From contig JBBIPC010000010.1 of assembly GCA_037443035.1 (NCBI GenBank), positions 32,001 through 96,000 on the forward strand: DNA of 64,000 bases. Direction: 5' to 3'. Shown here one piece after another: positions 9,424 to 19,068 of this stretch (position 1 is the stretch's first letter; each line of letters begins with the position of its first letter). Under the pieces are notes generated by a model. That model did no database searches. It was given only the letters and a program-made list of their open reading frames with translations, and was not told the origin of the DNA. The position numbers and the translations under genes were made by a program. Source of the DNA: Chthonomonadales bacterium (GTDB lineage Bacteria; Armatimonadota; Chthonomonadetes; Chthonomonadales; CAJBBX01).

Positions 9424-10329
9424 TTACTGTGAAACACTGGCCGCTCTTGCGGCGTGTACGGCCTTGTCGGCGAACAGGTGGACATCGGCCGCATCCAGAA
9501 GCGCTTCCAGCGCGACTCCAGAGCTGGGCTCGTAGGTCACCCAACCGGCAGCAAAATCCAGCCGATGCAGGTCTAGAGCGTCCTGCGGTATGGGGATCGC
9601 ATGCGGCTGCGTCTGGAGAACCGAGCGTATCCGCGAAACCAGCACAGGCCCGTCCGCATCCCTAGCACCGAACGCAGTGATGGCGAACTCGTCACCTCCA
9701 ATGCGGGCAGCGATATCGGAGGCGCGTACGGATCGCTGGAGCGCCGTGGCGAACAGACGCAGGGCTTCATCGCCGGCCTTGTGTCCACCCAGGGTGTTGA
9801 TCGTTCTCAGGTCGTCCATGTCCGCAAGCAGGACCAAACATGGCTTGGCCACGCGGTCGGCCAGCAACAATGCGCGCTCTGTCCATGCCAGAAACGCCCT
9901 TCGATTCGGTATGCCTGTCAGGGGATCCGTGTAGGCGGCTTCCTGCAGTTGGCGCGTGTAATCGTGCCTTGCCTCAGCCCGCGCGATGATGCGCGGTACC
10001 GATTCGGGCAACCACGCATCCCGAGCGACCACCTCGTCAGCGCCAGATCGCAACGCGCCCAAGGCACTTCGGCTATCGAGTTCGTCGACCACGACAATGA
10101 CAGGAGCCGAAGGCGCCCAGCGCGTTCCCAGTTGGATGGCTTCAGCCAATGCGGACGGTTGCAGGCCCCCGCCAACCACAATAAGATCCATCTGCCCACG
10201 CTGCAGAGCGGCCAAGAAACTGGTCAGGTCCGGGCACAGAACGGTAGTTCGTCGAGCCCACTCCTTACCCGGTGCAGCATCCAGTACCTGAACCAGTCGC
10301 GTACATTCCGGTCCCACGACGGCCCACAT
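9424..10329 (-). CDS. Diguanylate cyclase with N-terminal degenerate receiver domain
   Basis: TDPLTGIPNRR, GHKAGD, RASD I-site, RIGGDEF. Start set at MWAVVG after GGAGG. Confidence 0.85.
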   Translation of the reverse strand: MWAVVGPECTRLVQVLDAAPGKEWARRTTVLCPDLTSFLAALQRGQMDLIVVGGGLQPSALAEAIQLGTRWAPSAPVIVVVDELDSRSALGALRSGADEVVARDAWLPESVPRIIARAEARHDYTRQLQEAAYTDPLTGIPNRRAFLAWTERALLLADRVAKPCLVLLADMDDLRTINTLGGHKAGDEALRLFATALQRSVRASDIAARIGGDEFAITAFGARDADGPVLVSRIRSVLQTQPHAIPIPQDALDLHRLDFAAGWVTYEPSSGVALEALLDAADVHLFADKAVHAARAASVSQ

Positions 10330-10400
10330 GATCGAGCCTCCGTGCTTCCTGGCGGGCAGCCGTCGTCCCTTAGAGGTACGTTCCCACCCACGAACCAGGG

Positions 10401-10760
10401 TTACTGCCCTGCTTTGGTGGACGACTTGAGCACTTCCACCGCTTCCTCGGGCGTACCGACGATGGAGAAAACGCGATGCATACGTACCAGCTCGAAGAGC
10501 GAGCGCACGGGCTTCCTCATACGGCAAAGGACAAGATCGCCGCCCGCTGCGTTGGTCTGGCGGAGACACGAAAGGAACGAACCCAAGCCCGCGCTGTCCA
10601 TGAACTCTACGTCCCCAAGATCCAGCACAATCTTACGGGACTGCGATAGCAACGGAGACATGCCCGCCTTGAAGTCGTCGGCGTTGCTGATGTCCAGATT
10701 TGGCCCTGGCACTTGGACGATGGTCACGTCATCGATCTGCCAGGTCTTCAGTGTAAGCAT
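10401..10760 (-). CDS. STAS-domain anti-sigma factor antagonist (RsbV/SpoIIAA/HsbA-like)
   Basis: IVLDLGDVEFMDSAGLG with the conserved phospho-Ser; GGAGG upstream of MLTLK. Confidence 0.92.
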   Translation of the reverse strand: MLTLKTWQIDDVTIVQVPGPNLDISNADDFKAGMSPLLSQSRKIVLDLGDVEFMDSAGLGSFLSCLRQTNAAGGDLVLCRMRKPVRSLFELVRMHRVFSIVGTPEEAVEVLKSSTKAGQ

Positions 10761-10828
10761 GTGCTGCACCCCTCCAAGGAAGCGTTGAACAGCGCCACGA
10801 GGGAAACCATACGCAACCTCCTGGCACG

Positions 10829-12460
10829 TTATTCGGATGTCCCGGTCGCCTCGCGCCCCATAGCGCGCTTCACCATCACCAAGTGGTTCCGGCCGAGATC
10901 GTCTCTATAGTACCTATGCGAATCCACTGACTGCTGTATGATATAGACACCGAAGCCCCTCTCGCGGGAACCATCGAACGCCGGTTGCTGCACCGCGTCC
11001 GGGTCGAAAGGCCTTCCCCAATCGGCCAAGTCTACGTGCACTTCGTCCTCGTACGCGCGTAGATCTACCTGTACGCGCCTGTGGCGTGTGCCCCAGTAGG
11101 CATGGTCGAGTATGTTCGTGGTGGCCTCGCTGACGGCCAGTACGAGTGTGGCAATCTCGTGTTCCGTGAATCTCGCTGGTGCCTGATCCCTGCAGAACCA
11201 CTCGACGAGCTTACGCATAGCGTCCAGCTCCTTTGGATTACTATGCACCTCCATGGCGGAGTGAGCCACCGGTCTTGGCGGGAAAGCTGCCGCGATTTTC
11301 ACCACAACACAGGTCACATCGTCCCTCAGGCCATTATTCACTGCGAACGACTTGGCGGCGTCACAGAGGTAGTTCGCCATCTCCTGTGCTGGTTGGTGGA
11401 CGGACTCCTCGACGGCCTGGACAACCCTTTCTTCACCGAAGAGCTCTCCATCCGGATTGCGCGCCTCGGTGAGCCCGTCGGAGTAGAACACGAAAACATC
11501 GCCAGCTCCGAACGTAACCCGTTTCTGCGCGTAGATCTCGCCGAGAGCCACGCCAAGCGGCAGGTTGTCGCCTTGGAGAAGCTCCACTTTCCGTTCTGCT
11601 GCACAGTAGTGGACGGTTCGCATATGCCCTGCGTCAACATACGTCATGGTCCTTGTCGCCATGTCGAAGCGACTATACCAGAGTGTGACGAACGTATCTA
11701 GCTGGTAGAGGTCGCTGCTGGTGGCATGGTGCACGGCGGCAATGATCTCTTCCGGATCCGGCATGCGGCTGAACTCGCGCAGTGCAAGGATCAGGCGCCG
11801 GGCGCAACGCTGGAAGTGATGCTTGGTGCCGGCTCCTGCCAGGGAAGCAGGTATGCCCTTGCCCATGACATCCCCGATGAGCACGTCGAAGTGATCCCGA
11901 TCGTACTCCTCGAATCCCCAAAAGTCGCCATCCACACTCCGTGATGGCAGCGACACCGCCCCGATGTCGAGCCCTTCCACGTGTTTCGGCGGCGCATCGA
12001 TCAGCAGTGCCTTCTGCAGACACCAAGCCATCTCCTTCTCACGCGCCTGCAAGTGCTCGGCTCTTTCTTCTGCCCTGCGCCGCTGGAGAGCGTAGCGAAT
12101 GGACCGCTCCAGAGTGACCGCATCAATGTCATGCTTCACCAGGTAATCCCAGGCGCCCGCCTGCATGGCGGCACGATCCACCTCACGGTCTTTCTGGCCT
12201 GTGAGGAAGATCATGGGAGTGGTGCATCCACCGCGAATGGCTTCGGTCACGAGGTCCACGCCAGTCCTATCGCCGAGACGATAATCCACCAGGATGACGT
12301 CGTGCCGGCCCTCCAAAGCGATGGCGAGCCCTTCGTCGTAGGTGCTGGCCCAGTCCAGGAGATACTCGCCGTCTTCGATCTCGGCGAGGCTATCGCGTGC
12401 GATGACGTAATCGTCGCTGTCGTCCTCGATGAGTAGGACGCGTACGGGGCTGTCGGGCAA
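10829..12460 (-). CDS. REC - SpoIIE/PP2C phosphatase - RsbW-like Ser kinase (HATPase) fusion
   Basis: REC (LLIEDD, LVDYRL, FLTG, YLVK); PP2C (GDF, GDVMGKG, YSDGLTE, RDDVT); HATPase (EATTNILDHA, DWGRPFDP, GFGVYII). Confidence 0.9.
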   Translation of the reverse strand: MPDSPVRVLLIEDDSDDYVIARDSLAEIEDGEYLLDWASTYDEGLAIALEGRHDVILVDYRLGDRTGVDLVTEAIRGGCTTPMIFLTGQKDREVDRAAMQAGAWDYLVKHDIDAVTLERSIRYALQRRRAEERAEHLQAREKEMAWCLQKALLIDAPPKHVEGLDIGAVSLPSRSVDGDFWGFEEYDRDHFDVLIGDVMGKGIPASLAGAGTKHHFQRCARRLILALREFSRMPDPEEIIAAVHHATSSDLYQLDTFVTLWYSRFDMATRTMTYVDAGHMRTVHYCAAERKVELLQGDNLPLGVALGEIYAQKRVTFGAGDVFVFYSDGLTEARNPDGELFGEERVVQAVEESVHQPAQEMANYLCDAAKSFAVNNGLRDDVTCVVVKIAAAFPPRPVAHSAMEVHSNPKELDAMRKLVEWFCRDQAPARFTEHEIATLVLAVSEATTNILDHAYWGTRHRRVQVDLRAYEDEVHVDLADWGRPFDPDAVQQPAFDGSRERGFGVYIIQQSVDSHRYYRDDLGRNHLVMVKRAMGREATGTSE

Positions 12461-12461
12461 G

Positions 12462-12935
12462 CTACTCTCCTGTGGCAGCGTTCGGGAGTTCGATAATCTC
12501 GAACCAGTACCGCCGGATGGTGCGCATTACCTCCACCAGACCTTCGAAGGTGACTGGCTTGATGATATAGGAGTTGGCGCCGACTTCGTACATCCTGAGA
12601 ATGTCCTCCTCAGCCTTGGAGGTGGTTAGCACGACCACAGGAATCGTGTGGAGCTCCGGGTCCGTCTTGATGATTCTCAGCGCTTCACGACCATCCATCC
12701 GTGGCATATTGAGGTCGAGCAAGATGAGTCCGGGGCGGGGGGACGATGCTGGGTCACTGTACTTGCCACGGTGCTTCAGGTAGTCGATCAACTCCTCGCC
12801 GTTCTCCACAATGTGGAGATTGTTGGCGATCATGCTCTCCTCGAGAGCCTCCCTGGCTAAGAGCTGGTCGTCCGGGTCATCCTCCGCCATGAGGATGGTG
12901 ATGGGTTTCGCTTGTGTGAGCATGGTGTCTTCCAT
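12462..12935 (-). CDS. Single-domain response regulator (Rcp1-like)
   Basis: AEDDPDD, ILLDLNMPRMDG, LTTS, GANSYIIKP. Confidence 0.93.
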   Translation of the reverse strand: MEDTMLTQAKPITILMAEDDPDDQLLAREALEESMIANNLHIVENGEELIDYLKHRGKYSDPASSPRPGLILLDLNMPRMDGREALRIIKTDPELHTIPVVVLTTSKAEEDILRMYEVGANSYIIKPVTFEGLVEVMRTIRRYWFEIIELPNAATGE

Positions 12936-12986
12936 GAGCCGGCTCCTTGGTCCGAATGCTGTTCTGGTCCAGGCGCTTCCGCGACG

Positions 12987-13625
12987 TCACCGCCTCATCA
13001 CGGTAGTGATAGTCCGTAGCATTATACGCACGTCTCCTAGGAGGCAGCGTGAACGTATATACTGCAGATCGAGCTGCAGCTTAGCCGGCATAACCTCCTT
13101 GATATAGTAGTCTTCGATATTGTCGCGACCGGCGAGGAGCGCTTCCTCGTTTCGGTACTCTAGTTGCGTAAGGCCCGTAACACCAGGGCGTACACTGAGC
13201 ACCTGGCGCTGCTCCGGCGTGTAGTAGGCCACGTACCTCGGGACTTCCGGGCGGGGACCTACGAGCGTCATGTCCCCGCGCAAGACGTTCAGGAACTGCG
13301 GCAGCTCGTCCAGCTTCCACTTCCGCATGAACCGACCGATCGGTGTAACACGAGTGTCGCCACCTGCGGTGACTTCTGGGCCACCAGTGGCGACGCGCAT
13401 GGAGCGAAACTTCAGCAGGACGAAGCTCTTCCCGCACCGGCCCACCCGCTCCTGCCGGAATAGCACCGGTCCGGGAGATGACAGCTTGACCAGGACCGCC
13501 AGGACCAGAAACACCGGCGACAACAACAGCAGTATCAAGACGGATACCACAACGTCGAGCACGCGCCGAATGGTATCGCTGCAGTACGAAGATTGCGTGG
13601 CGACAGACGGGCCCGCGTCCATCAT
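12987..13625 (-). CDS. Priming phosphoglycosyltransferase (bacterial sugar transferase, PglC/WcaJ family)
   Basis: [36 protein letters not shown]. Confidence 0.93.
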   Translation of the reverse strand: MMDAGPSVATQSSYCSDTIRRVLDVVVSVLILLLLSPVFLVLAVLVKLSSPGPVLFRQERVGRCGKSFVLLKFRSMRVATGGPEVTAGGDTRVTPIGRFMRKWKLDELPQFLNVLRGDMTLVGPRPEVPRYVAYYTPEQRQVLSVRPGVTGLTQLEYRNEEALLAGRDNIEDYYIKEVMPAKLQLDLQYIRSRCLLGDVRIMLRTITTVMRR

Positions 13626-14785
13626 GCTGTCAGCACGTCTCTCGTAGCGTCGACCACGCGTTCGACGTCATCGTCGCTCATCCGACTGTAGATCGGCAGG
13701 CTCACAGCCCTGTGGAACGCGACATCTGCCTTCGGAAACATCTCTGGTCGCAAGCCGTATGTGTCTCGCCAGTAAGGTTGTCGGTGTAGAGGTATGAAAT
13801 GCACGCTCGTCCCGATTCCACGAGATGCCATGGCTTCGATGAAAGCGCCTCGATCCACGGGCGCTTCCGGTCGTATTCGCAGGACGTAGAGATGCCAAGC
13901 ATGCAGCTCGCCGTCGGGAGCGTGGGGCGGTAGGTCAACAGGCAGATCTGCGAAGGCCACGTCATATCGTCGCGCGATGGCCTCTCGCCGTTCGCGCATG
14001 GCACGTACCCGACGGAGTTGCTGCAATCCCAGCGCAGCCGCCACGTCCGTCATGTTGTACTTGAAGCCTGGCGCAACGACTTCATAGTACCACGCCGGTA
14101 CCTGAGAGGTGTACCGGTCGAAGGCATCACGGTCAATGCCATGGAGCCGCATGATCCGGCATCGCTGAGCAATGTTGTGGTCAGTAGTGACGACCATGCC
14201 ACCCTCTCCGGTGGCGAGGGTCTTCGTGGCGTAGAAGCTGAAGACTGTAGCATCGCTTGGCAGTGTGCCGACCAGACGGCCGCCCCATGTCGCGGGCAGC
14301 GCATGCGCGGCATCCTCGACGACCCGTATCCCATGCCGCTCAGCGATCGCATGGATTGTAGCCATTTCGCACGGAAGTCCGCCGATGTGCACGGGCATGA
14401 TGGCACGCGTACGGGGACCGATAGCCGCCTCGACTGCAACTGCATCCATATTGAGCGTCCCTGGATCGATGTCCACGAACACGGGATGGGCGCCCAGGTA
14501 CCGTATGACCTCGGCGGTAGCGGTGAACGTGTAGGTCGTGGTGATAACTTCGTCGCCAGGACCGATCCCACAAGCCTCCAGTGCAAGGTGCAGCCCCGAC
14601 GTAGCGGAGTTCACGGCGATGGCTTCGACGCTCCCGCCTAGAAACGCCGCGAACTCTGCCTCGAAGCGGCGCGTCTTTGGACCCGTAGTGAGCCACCCCG
14701 AGCGAAGAGAGTCGACGACTTCCTCGATCTCGGCCTCAGTGATGTCGGGTAAGGCGAAGGGCAGAAACGGTCGCGGTGTTGTCAT
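13622..14785 (-). CDS. DegT/DnrJ/EryC1/StrS nucleotide-sugar aminotransferase
   Basis: [38 protein letters not shown]. Start could extend to 14803. Confidence 0.93.
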   Translation of the reverse strand: MTTPRPFLPFALPDITEAEIEEVVDSLRSGWLTTGPKTRRFEAEFAAFLGGSVEAIAVNSATSGLHLALEACGIGPGDEVITTTYTFTATAEVIRYLGAHPVFVDIDPGTLNMDAVAVEAAIGPRTRAIMPVHIGGLPCEMATIHAIAERHGIRVVEDAAHALPATWGGRLVGTLPSDATVFSFYATKTLATGEGGMVVTTDHNIAQRCRIMRLHGIDRDAFDRYTSQVPAWYYEVVAPGFKYNMTDVAAALGLQQLRRVRAMRERREAIARRYDVAFADLPVDLPPHAPDGELHAWHLYVLRIRPEAPVDRGAFIEAMASRGIGTSVHFIPLHRQPYWRDTYGLRPEMFPKADVAFHRAVSLPIYSRMSDDDVERVVDATRDVLTA

Positions 14786-14942
14786 CACTAGTGCTGGGCA
14801 CAACGGTGCGCGAAGAATGGTACCCCATCAGCGCTCACGGACGGCCGGGCTTCGCTCCCGTGGCGGCGCCGTAGGGTCGCCGAACGAAAGTCGCGACGTA
14901 CAGCGCTGCGCTGGACAGAGTCATGCACGGGAGAGGACCTTG

Positions 14943-15581
14943 TCACTGGAAGCGCATGTAGTACTCATTCCTGAGGCGGCGGCCGCTCGCCACGAAGGTG
15001 CCCCTCAGGGTGAAGCCCGACGAAACGTGAAAGGCATTCACTGCGTCGTTGTCCGTGGCGTCGGTGAACAGGTACACGCCGGACACGCCGGCTTGCCTCG
15101 CCGCGGCAACAAAGGCTTTCGTGAGCTCGCGCCCCAGCCCACGCCCCTGATACGCAGGGTGTACTCCCACAGAACAGAGTTCGGCCTCCTCAGGATGGGG
15201 CTCCGGTGCGGCGCCCCGACCGCCAAAGACACCCAGAGCGTTCTGCACCACAATAAGTAGCAGGCCAGGGTTGCGGAAGAGCCCCGCGATCACGTGCGGT
15301 AGCAGCGCCAACGTACGGCGGCGCAAGTGACGCGAGAACTCCGTCGGTCTGGCGAAACCTGCCGCGAAACCTACCACCCGGTCGTCCGCTTCTGCGACGT
15401 ACAGGATCCCGCCAGGGAAGTCCAGAACGGCACCGTAATACCCTCGCAGGAAGCCCTTCCCCAGGCGTGTCAGCACGAATCCTGGGAAAGCCTGTGTGTG
15501 CACATCCGCGATTGCATCCAAGTCCGCAGGCTCTGCCACGCGAACAGAGCGTTGTAGGGCTTGCGCTTGCATCGGCGTCAT
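14943..15581 (-). CDS. GNAT family N-acetyltransferase
   Basis: SVGVHPAYQGRGLG (motif A) and NDAVNAFH. Start at MTPMQ gives an ATGA overlap with the upstream GT stop. Confidence 0.85.
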   Translation of the reverse strand: MTPMQAQALQRSVRVAEPADLDAIADVHTQAFPGFVLTRLGKGFLRGYYGAVLDFPGGILYVAEADDRVVGFAAGFARPTEFSRHLRRRTLALLPHVIAGLFRNPGLLLIVVQNALGVFGGRGAAPEPHPEEAELCSVGVHPAYQGRGLGRELTKAFVAAARQAGVSGVYLFTDATDNDAVNAFHVSSGFTLRGTFVASGRRLRNEYYMRFQ

Positions 15582-16813
15582 CTCGGTCCTATCACTGATT
15601 GCAGGATGGCCTCTACCATTGTCACGCACGCTGCTCGGGATAGGTGCCTCACAGCGTAGTCCCTGCCAGCATACCCAAGCTTGTGGAGAACGTCCGGTTG
15701 GTGCATGAGGCCCCTGACAGCGCGTGCCAATGCCTCTGCGTCGGCGGGTGGTACCACGACTCCCGCTCGAGCCTCTTGGATCACCTGCCAAGCATCGCCG
15801 ACCGCTGGGATGGATGCGACTATGGGACGTCCGGCAGCCATGATCGTGGCGATCTTCGAGGGCACGGTCGGCGTCACGACCTCGGGGCGAAGCGTGACCA
15901 AGCACACATCCGCGGCGGCAAGCACCTCCGGGTACTTCTCCTTCGGCTGCATGGGTAGGAACACCGTGTTCGGGAGTCCTGCGGCAGCTGTGGCCAGCCG
16001 ATCCCGTTCCGCGCCGCCTCCGACCATGACCCAACGCAGATCAGGGACGTCCTGCGTCAGCCGCGCCGCTTCGATGACGACGTCCAGTCCCTGGGAGAAG
16101 CCCATAGTGCCGGCGAATACGACCAGGAACTTGTCTCCCAACCCGTGTTCCTGCCGAAAGCGCCGCCGCGCCTCCTCGCTGACTGGTCCCACCGCGAACG
16201 CCTCCACATCCACCCAGTTCGGCACCACGTGCACCCGGTCCGGGTTCGCACCACGTCCGATGACGAACTCCCGATTGCCCTCCGACATCACGGTAATGGC
16301 CGACGCCGTTCGGTAGACCTTGGCCTCCATGCCTTCGAAGATCCGGATCATCCGCCTGCTGCGCAGGATGCCCAGGTCCACCATGCACTGGGGAAATAGG
16401 TCCTGTACATTCGCCACCCAGGGCACTCGAAATCGCTGCGCCACTCGGCGCGCTGCAAGACCCATCATGATGGGAGGCGTCACCGTGTAGACGACATCCG
16501 GCCTGCGCGCGAACATAGCCCGCATGGCCAATACGGGCGGCGCGAGGATCTGCACAAGCCCGCGGCTCAGGACGGAGGACCCGTACAGATTCGGACCGTT
16601 GATGCGCAACACGTCCATGCCGCCCATCTGTCCGCGGCAGAGCAACTTCCCCCGGTACTGCTGCGGCATGACCGGTACATTGTAACGCGGGAAGTTCGTC
16701 ACCACGGTGACCCGGTGCCCACGCTGCGCTAAGGTCTCGCCCAACTCGTACGGGAGATGAGGACCTGAGCCGATCTCTGGCGGGAAGTAGTGCGTGAAGA
16801 GAAGGACGTGCAT
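15578..16813 (-). CDS. Glycosyltransferase family 4 (WbuB-like, probable L-FucNAc transferase)
   Basis: HYFPPEIG, FPRY, VQDLFP, FAGTMGFSQGL, PSKIATIMAAGRP; directly follows the three fnl genes. Confidence 0.85.
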   Translation of the reverse strand: MHVLLFTHYFPPEIGSGPHLPYELGETLAQRGHRVTVVTNFPRYNVPVMPQQYRGKLLCRGQMGGMDVLRINGPNLYGSSVLSRGLVQILAPPVLAMRAMFARRPDVVYTVTPPIMMGLAARRVAQRFRVPWVANVQDLFPQCMVDLGILRSRRMIRIFEGMEAKVYRTASAITVMSEGNREFVIGRGANPDRVHVVPNWVDVEAFAVGPVSEEARRRFRQEHGLGDKFLVVFAGTMGFSQGLDVVIEAARLTQDVPDLRWVMVGGGAERDRLATAAAGLPNTVFLPMQPKEKYPEVLAAADVCLVTLRPEVVTPTVPSKIATIMAAGRPIVASIPAVGDAWQVIQEARAGVVVPPADAEALARAVRGLMHQPDVLHKLGYAGRDYAVRHLSRAACVTMVEAILQSVIGPR

Positions 16814-16826
16814 GGGCAACAGGCAG

Positions 16827-17957
16827 TCAGTGCTGATGCCAGACGGTTCGGTTCACATAGCCCGTGTACGAAAGGATGATCCGCACCACCTTCTCGGAAA
16901 CGTTGGGCGCAGTGTAGTCCGAAACGATACGAAGAAGCCGCTGCTCCCCTCGTGGTTGCGCCTCGAGAATCTCCAGCCCTTGCAGCACGCTCTCCAAGTC
17001 CATGCCCACCATCATGACCGCGCCTTCTTCCATGCCCTCGGGGCGCTCATGAGCCTCCCGAATGTTGAGGGCCGGGAAGTTCAGGATGGAAGACTCCTCC
17101 GTGATCGTCCCACTGTCGGACAACACCGCGCGCGCTTCCGCCTGCAGTCGCACGTAATCCGTGAACGCCAGCGGCTTCAGGAAACGGACCCGTTCATCCA
17201 CCTTGCGGCCCGACGCCTCCAAACGCTTTCGAGTACGCGGATGTGTGGAAACGATCACCGGCAACCGGAATCGCTGCGCCAGGGTGTTAAGGATCTCGAG
17301 CAGCTTGCCGAAGAGCACCGGCGAGTCCACATTCTCCTCTCGATGGGAACTCACGACGAAGTAGGAGTGCGGCGTTAGCCCGAGGCGCTCCAACGCCGTG
17401 GAGGCACGTATCTTCGGCATGTAGTAATGCAGCACCTCGAACATGGGGCTACCGGTCTTGATCACCGTATCAGGCGGAATACCCTCCCGAAGGAGATACT
17501 CCCGCGCGATGGAGCTGTAGGGCATGTTGATGTCGGCGATGTGATCGATGATCCGCCGGTTGATCTCTTCCGGCACGCGTTGGTCGAAGCAGCGGTTGCC
17601 CGCCTCCATGTGGAAAACGGGAATACGCCGCCGCTTGGCCGCGATGGCAGCCAGGCAGCTGTTCGTGTCGCCGAGCACCAGACACGCCTGCGGCTGGATT
17701 TCCCCCAGCACCCGGTCGGCGCGGGCGATGGTCTGGCCGATGGTCTCCGCTGCCGTCTCGCCAGCCGCGTCCAGATAGTGGTCCGGCGGCCGAATCTCCA
17801 TGTCCTCGAAGAAGACCTGGTTCAGCTCGTAATCGTAGTTCTGGCCCGTGTGGATGAGCACATGGTCGGTGTAGCGATCCAGGGCCGCGATGACGCGCGA
17901 GAGGCGGATGATCTCCGGCCGAGTGCCCACGATCGTGGCCACGCGGAGCTTAGCCAC
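16827..17957 (-). CDS. fnlC: UDP-sugar 2-epimerase of UDP-L-FucNAc synthesis (WbjD/CapG/FnlC)
   Basis: [47 protein letters not shown]. Confidence 0.88.
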   Translation of the reverse strand: MAKLRVATIVGTRPEIIRLSRVIAALDRYTDHVLIHTGQNYDYELNQVFFEDMEIRPPDHYLDAAGETAAETIGQTIARADRVLGEIQPQACLVLGDTNSCLAAIAAKRRRIPVFHMEAGNRCFDQRVPEEINRRIIDHIADINMPYSSIAREYLLREGIPPDTVIKTGSPMFEVLHYYMPKIRASTALERLGLTPHSYFVVSSHREENVDSPVLFGKLLEILNTLAQRFRLPVIVSTHPRTRKRLEASGRKVDERVRFLKPLAFTDYVRLQAEARAVLSDSGTITEESSILNFPALNIREAHERPEGMEEGAVMMVGMDLESVLQGLEILEAQPRGEQRLLRIVSDYTAPNVSEKVVRIILSYTGYVNRTVWHQH

Positions 17958-19068
17958 AGTCTACCTCTTCGAAGTAGGTGTCCGGCTGCTCCGGATCGAA
18001 CACCTCCGACGCCCAGAACAGGGTAACCATGTCCGTGGTTCCGACGTTCTCGATGCAATGAGTCCATCCTGGTGGAATGTCCACTACTCTGAGGTCATCA
18101 CCGCGGACCCGGATCCGCTCGACAGTCTCGGTACCGATCCGCCGCAGCCGTATCTCCGCCTCGCCCGTCAGAACGAGGAACTTTTCCACCTTCGTATCGT
18201 GGTAATGGTTTCCGCGAACTACACCGGGTTTCGTTGTCGAGACGAAGATCTGCCCCGCACCGGCCGTTTTCAGGAACTCCGCCAGCACGCCCCGATTGTC
18301 AGCCCGCCGCTGCAAGGAATAACTCCACCCATCCTCCGGCAGGAACGCGTTGTACGTCGCCAGGAGCCGCCGGTTTAGCGGATCCCCAAGATCCGGCAGC
18401 ATGAGAGTCTGCCGGCTTTGACGGATGGCCTCGAGGCGCTCCACGATCTCGCCCAACGTGATTTGGAAGACCGGTTCCACACGCCCGTAGCGAAATCCCC
18501 GCTCTCCCGGCTCGTCCAACAGTTGCATGAACGTGGAGACGACGTCGTCAATGTAGACCAGTTGCATCTCGCGTGCCGGGTCGCTGACGGTGATCGGTAG
18601 GCCGCGTGATCGGTTATGGCAGAAGGTGGCGATTGCCGAGTTGTAGTTCGGCCGCGACCACTTGCCGAAAACGTTCGGCAGCCGGAACGCCACAGCCGTC
18701 GCACCCGTCCGGTCGGCGTAGCGGCGGAGTTCGTCTTCCGCAGCGCGCTTGGATTGCCCATATGGATTGTCGAGTTCCGCCTGAATGGACGAAGACAGGA
18801 CGATCAGGGGCGGCTCCGGTGCTGCGGCCGCGAGGTGGCAGACCTGAGCGGTCGAGCCGGTGTTACCAGCGGCATACTCCGCCGGGTCCTGGGGCCGATT
18901 GACACCCGCCAGGTGGTAGATGACCTGCGCCTGAGCCACCAAATCGGCCAGATCTCCGGGCGTTCCCAGGTCGTACTCCAGAATCTCCACATCCTTTCGG
19001 CGACGGAGAGCCACGACCAGGTTGCGGCCAACAAACCCCGCCGAACCTGTTACCAGCACTCGGGTCAT
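17950..19068 (-). CDS. fnlB: Bifunctional epimerase/reductase with SDR and cupin domains (WbjC/CapF/FnlB)
   Basis: [52 protein letters not shown] overlap supports 19068 as start. Confidence 0.88.
   Translation of the reverse strand: MTRVLVTGSAGFVGRNLVVALRRRKDVEILEYDLGTPGDLADLVAQAQVIYHLAGVNRPQDPAEYAAGNTGSTAQVCHLAAAAPEPPLIVLSSSIQAELDNPYGQSKRAAEDELRRYADRTGATAVAFRLPNVFGKWSRPNYNSAIATFCHNRSRGLPITVSDPAREMQLVYIDDVVSTFMQLLDEPGERGFRYGRVEPVFQITLGEIVERLEAIRQSRQTLMLPDLGDPLNRRLLATYNAFLPEDGWSYSLQRRADNRGVLAEFLKTAGAGQIFVSTTKPGVVRGNHYHDTKVEKFLVLTGEAEIRLRRIGTETVERIRVRGDDLRVVDIPPGWTHCIENVGTTDMVTLFWASEVFDPEQPDTYFEEVDCG

Noticed and set aside
10330..10569. N-terminal extension of the GGDEF ORF in the track
   Set aside because: Overlaps the STAS gene in another frame; a better RBS and ATG exist at 10329.
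9601..10788. 395-aa plus-strand ORF and similar long ORFs (4785..5984, 19323..20480, 49130..50305, 58320..59711)
   Set aside because: Antisense shadows of well-supported genes, expected in high-GC DNA; no recognisable motifs.
15582..16034. N-terminal extension of the GNAT ORF
   Set aside because: Overlaps the GT4 gene; the ATGA coupling at 15581 gives the natural start.
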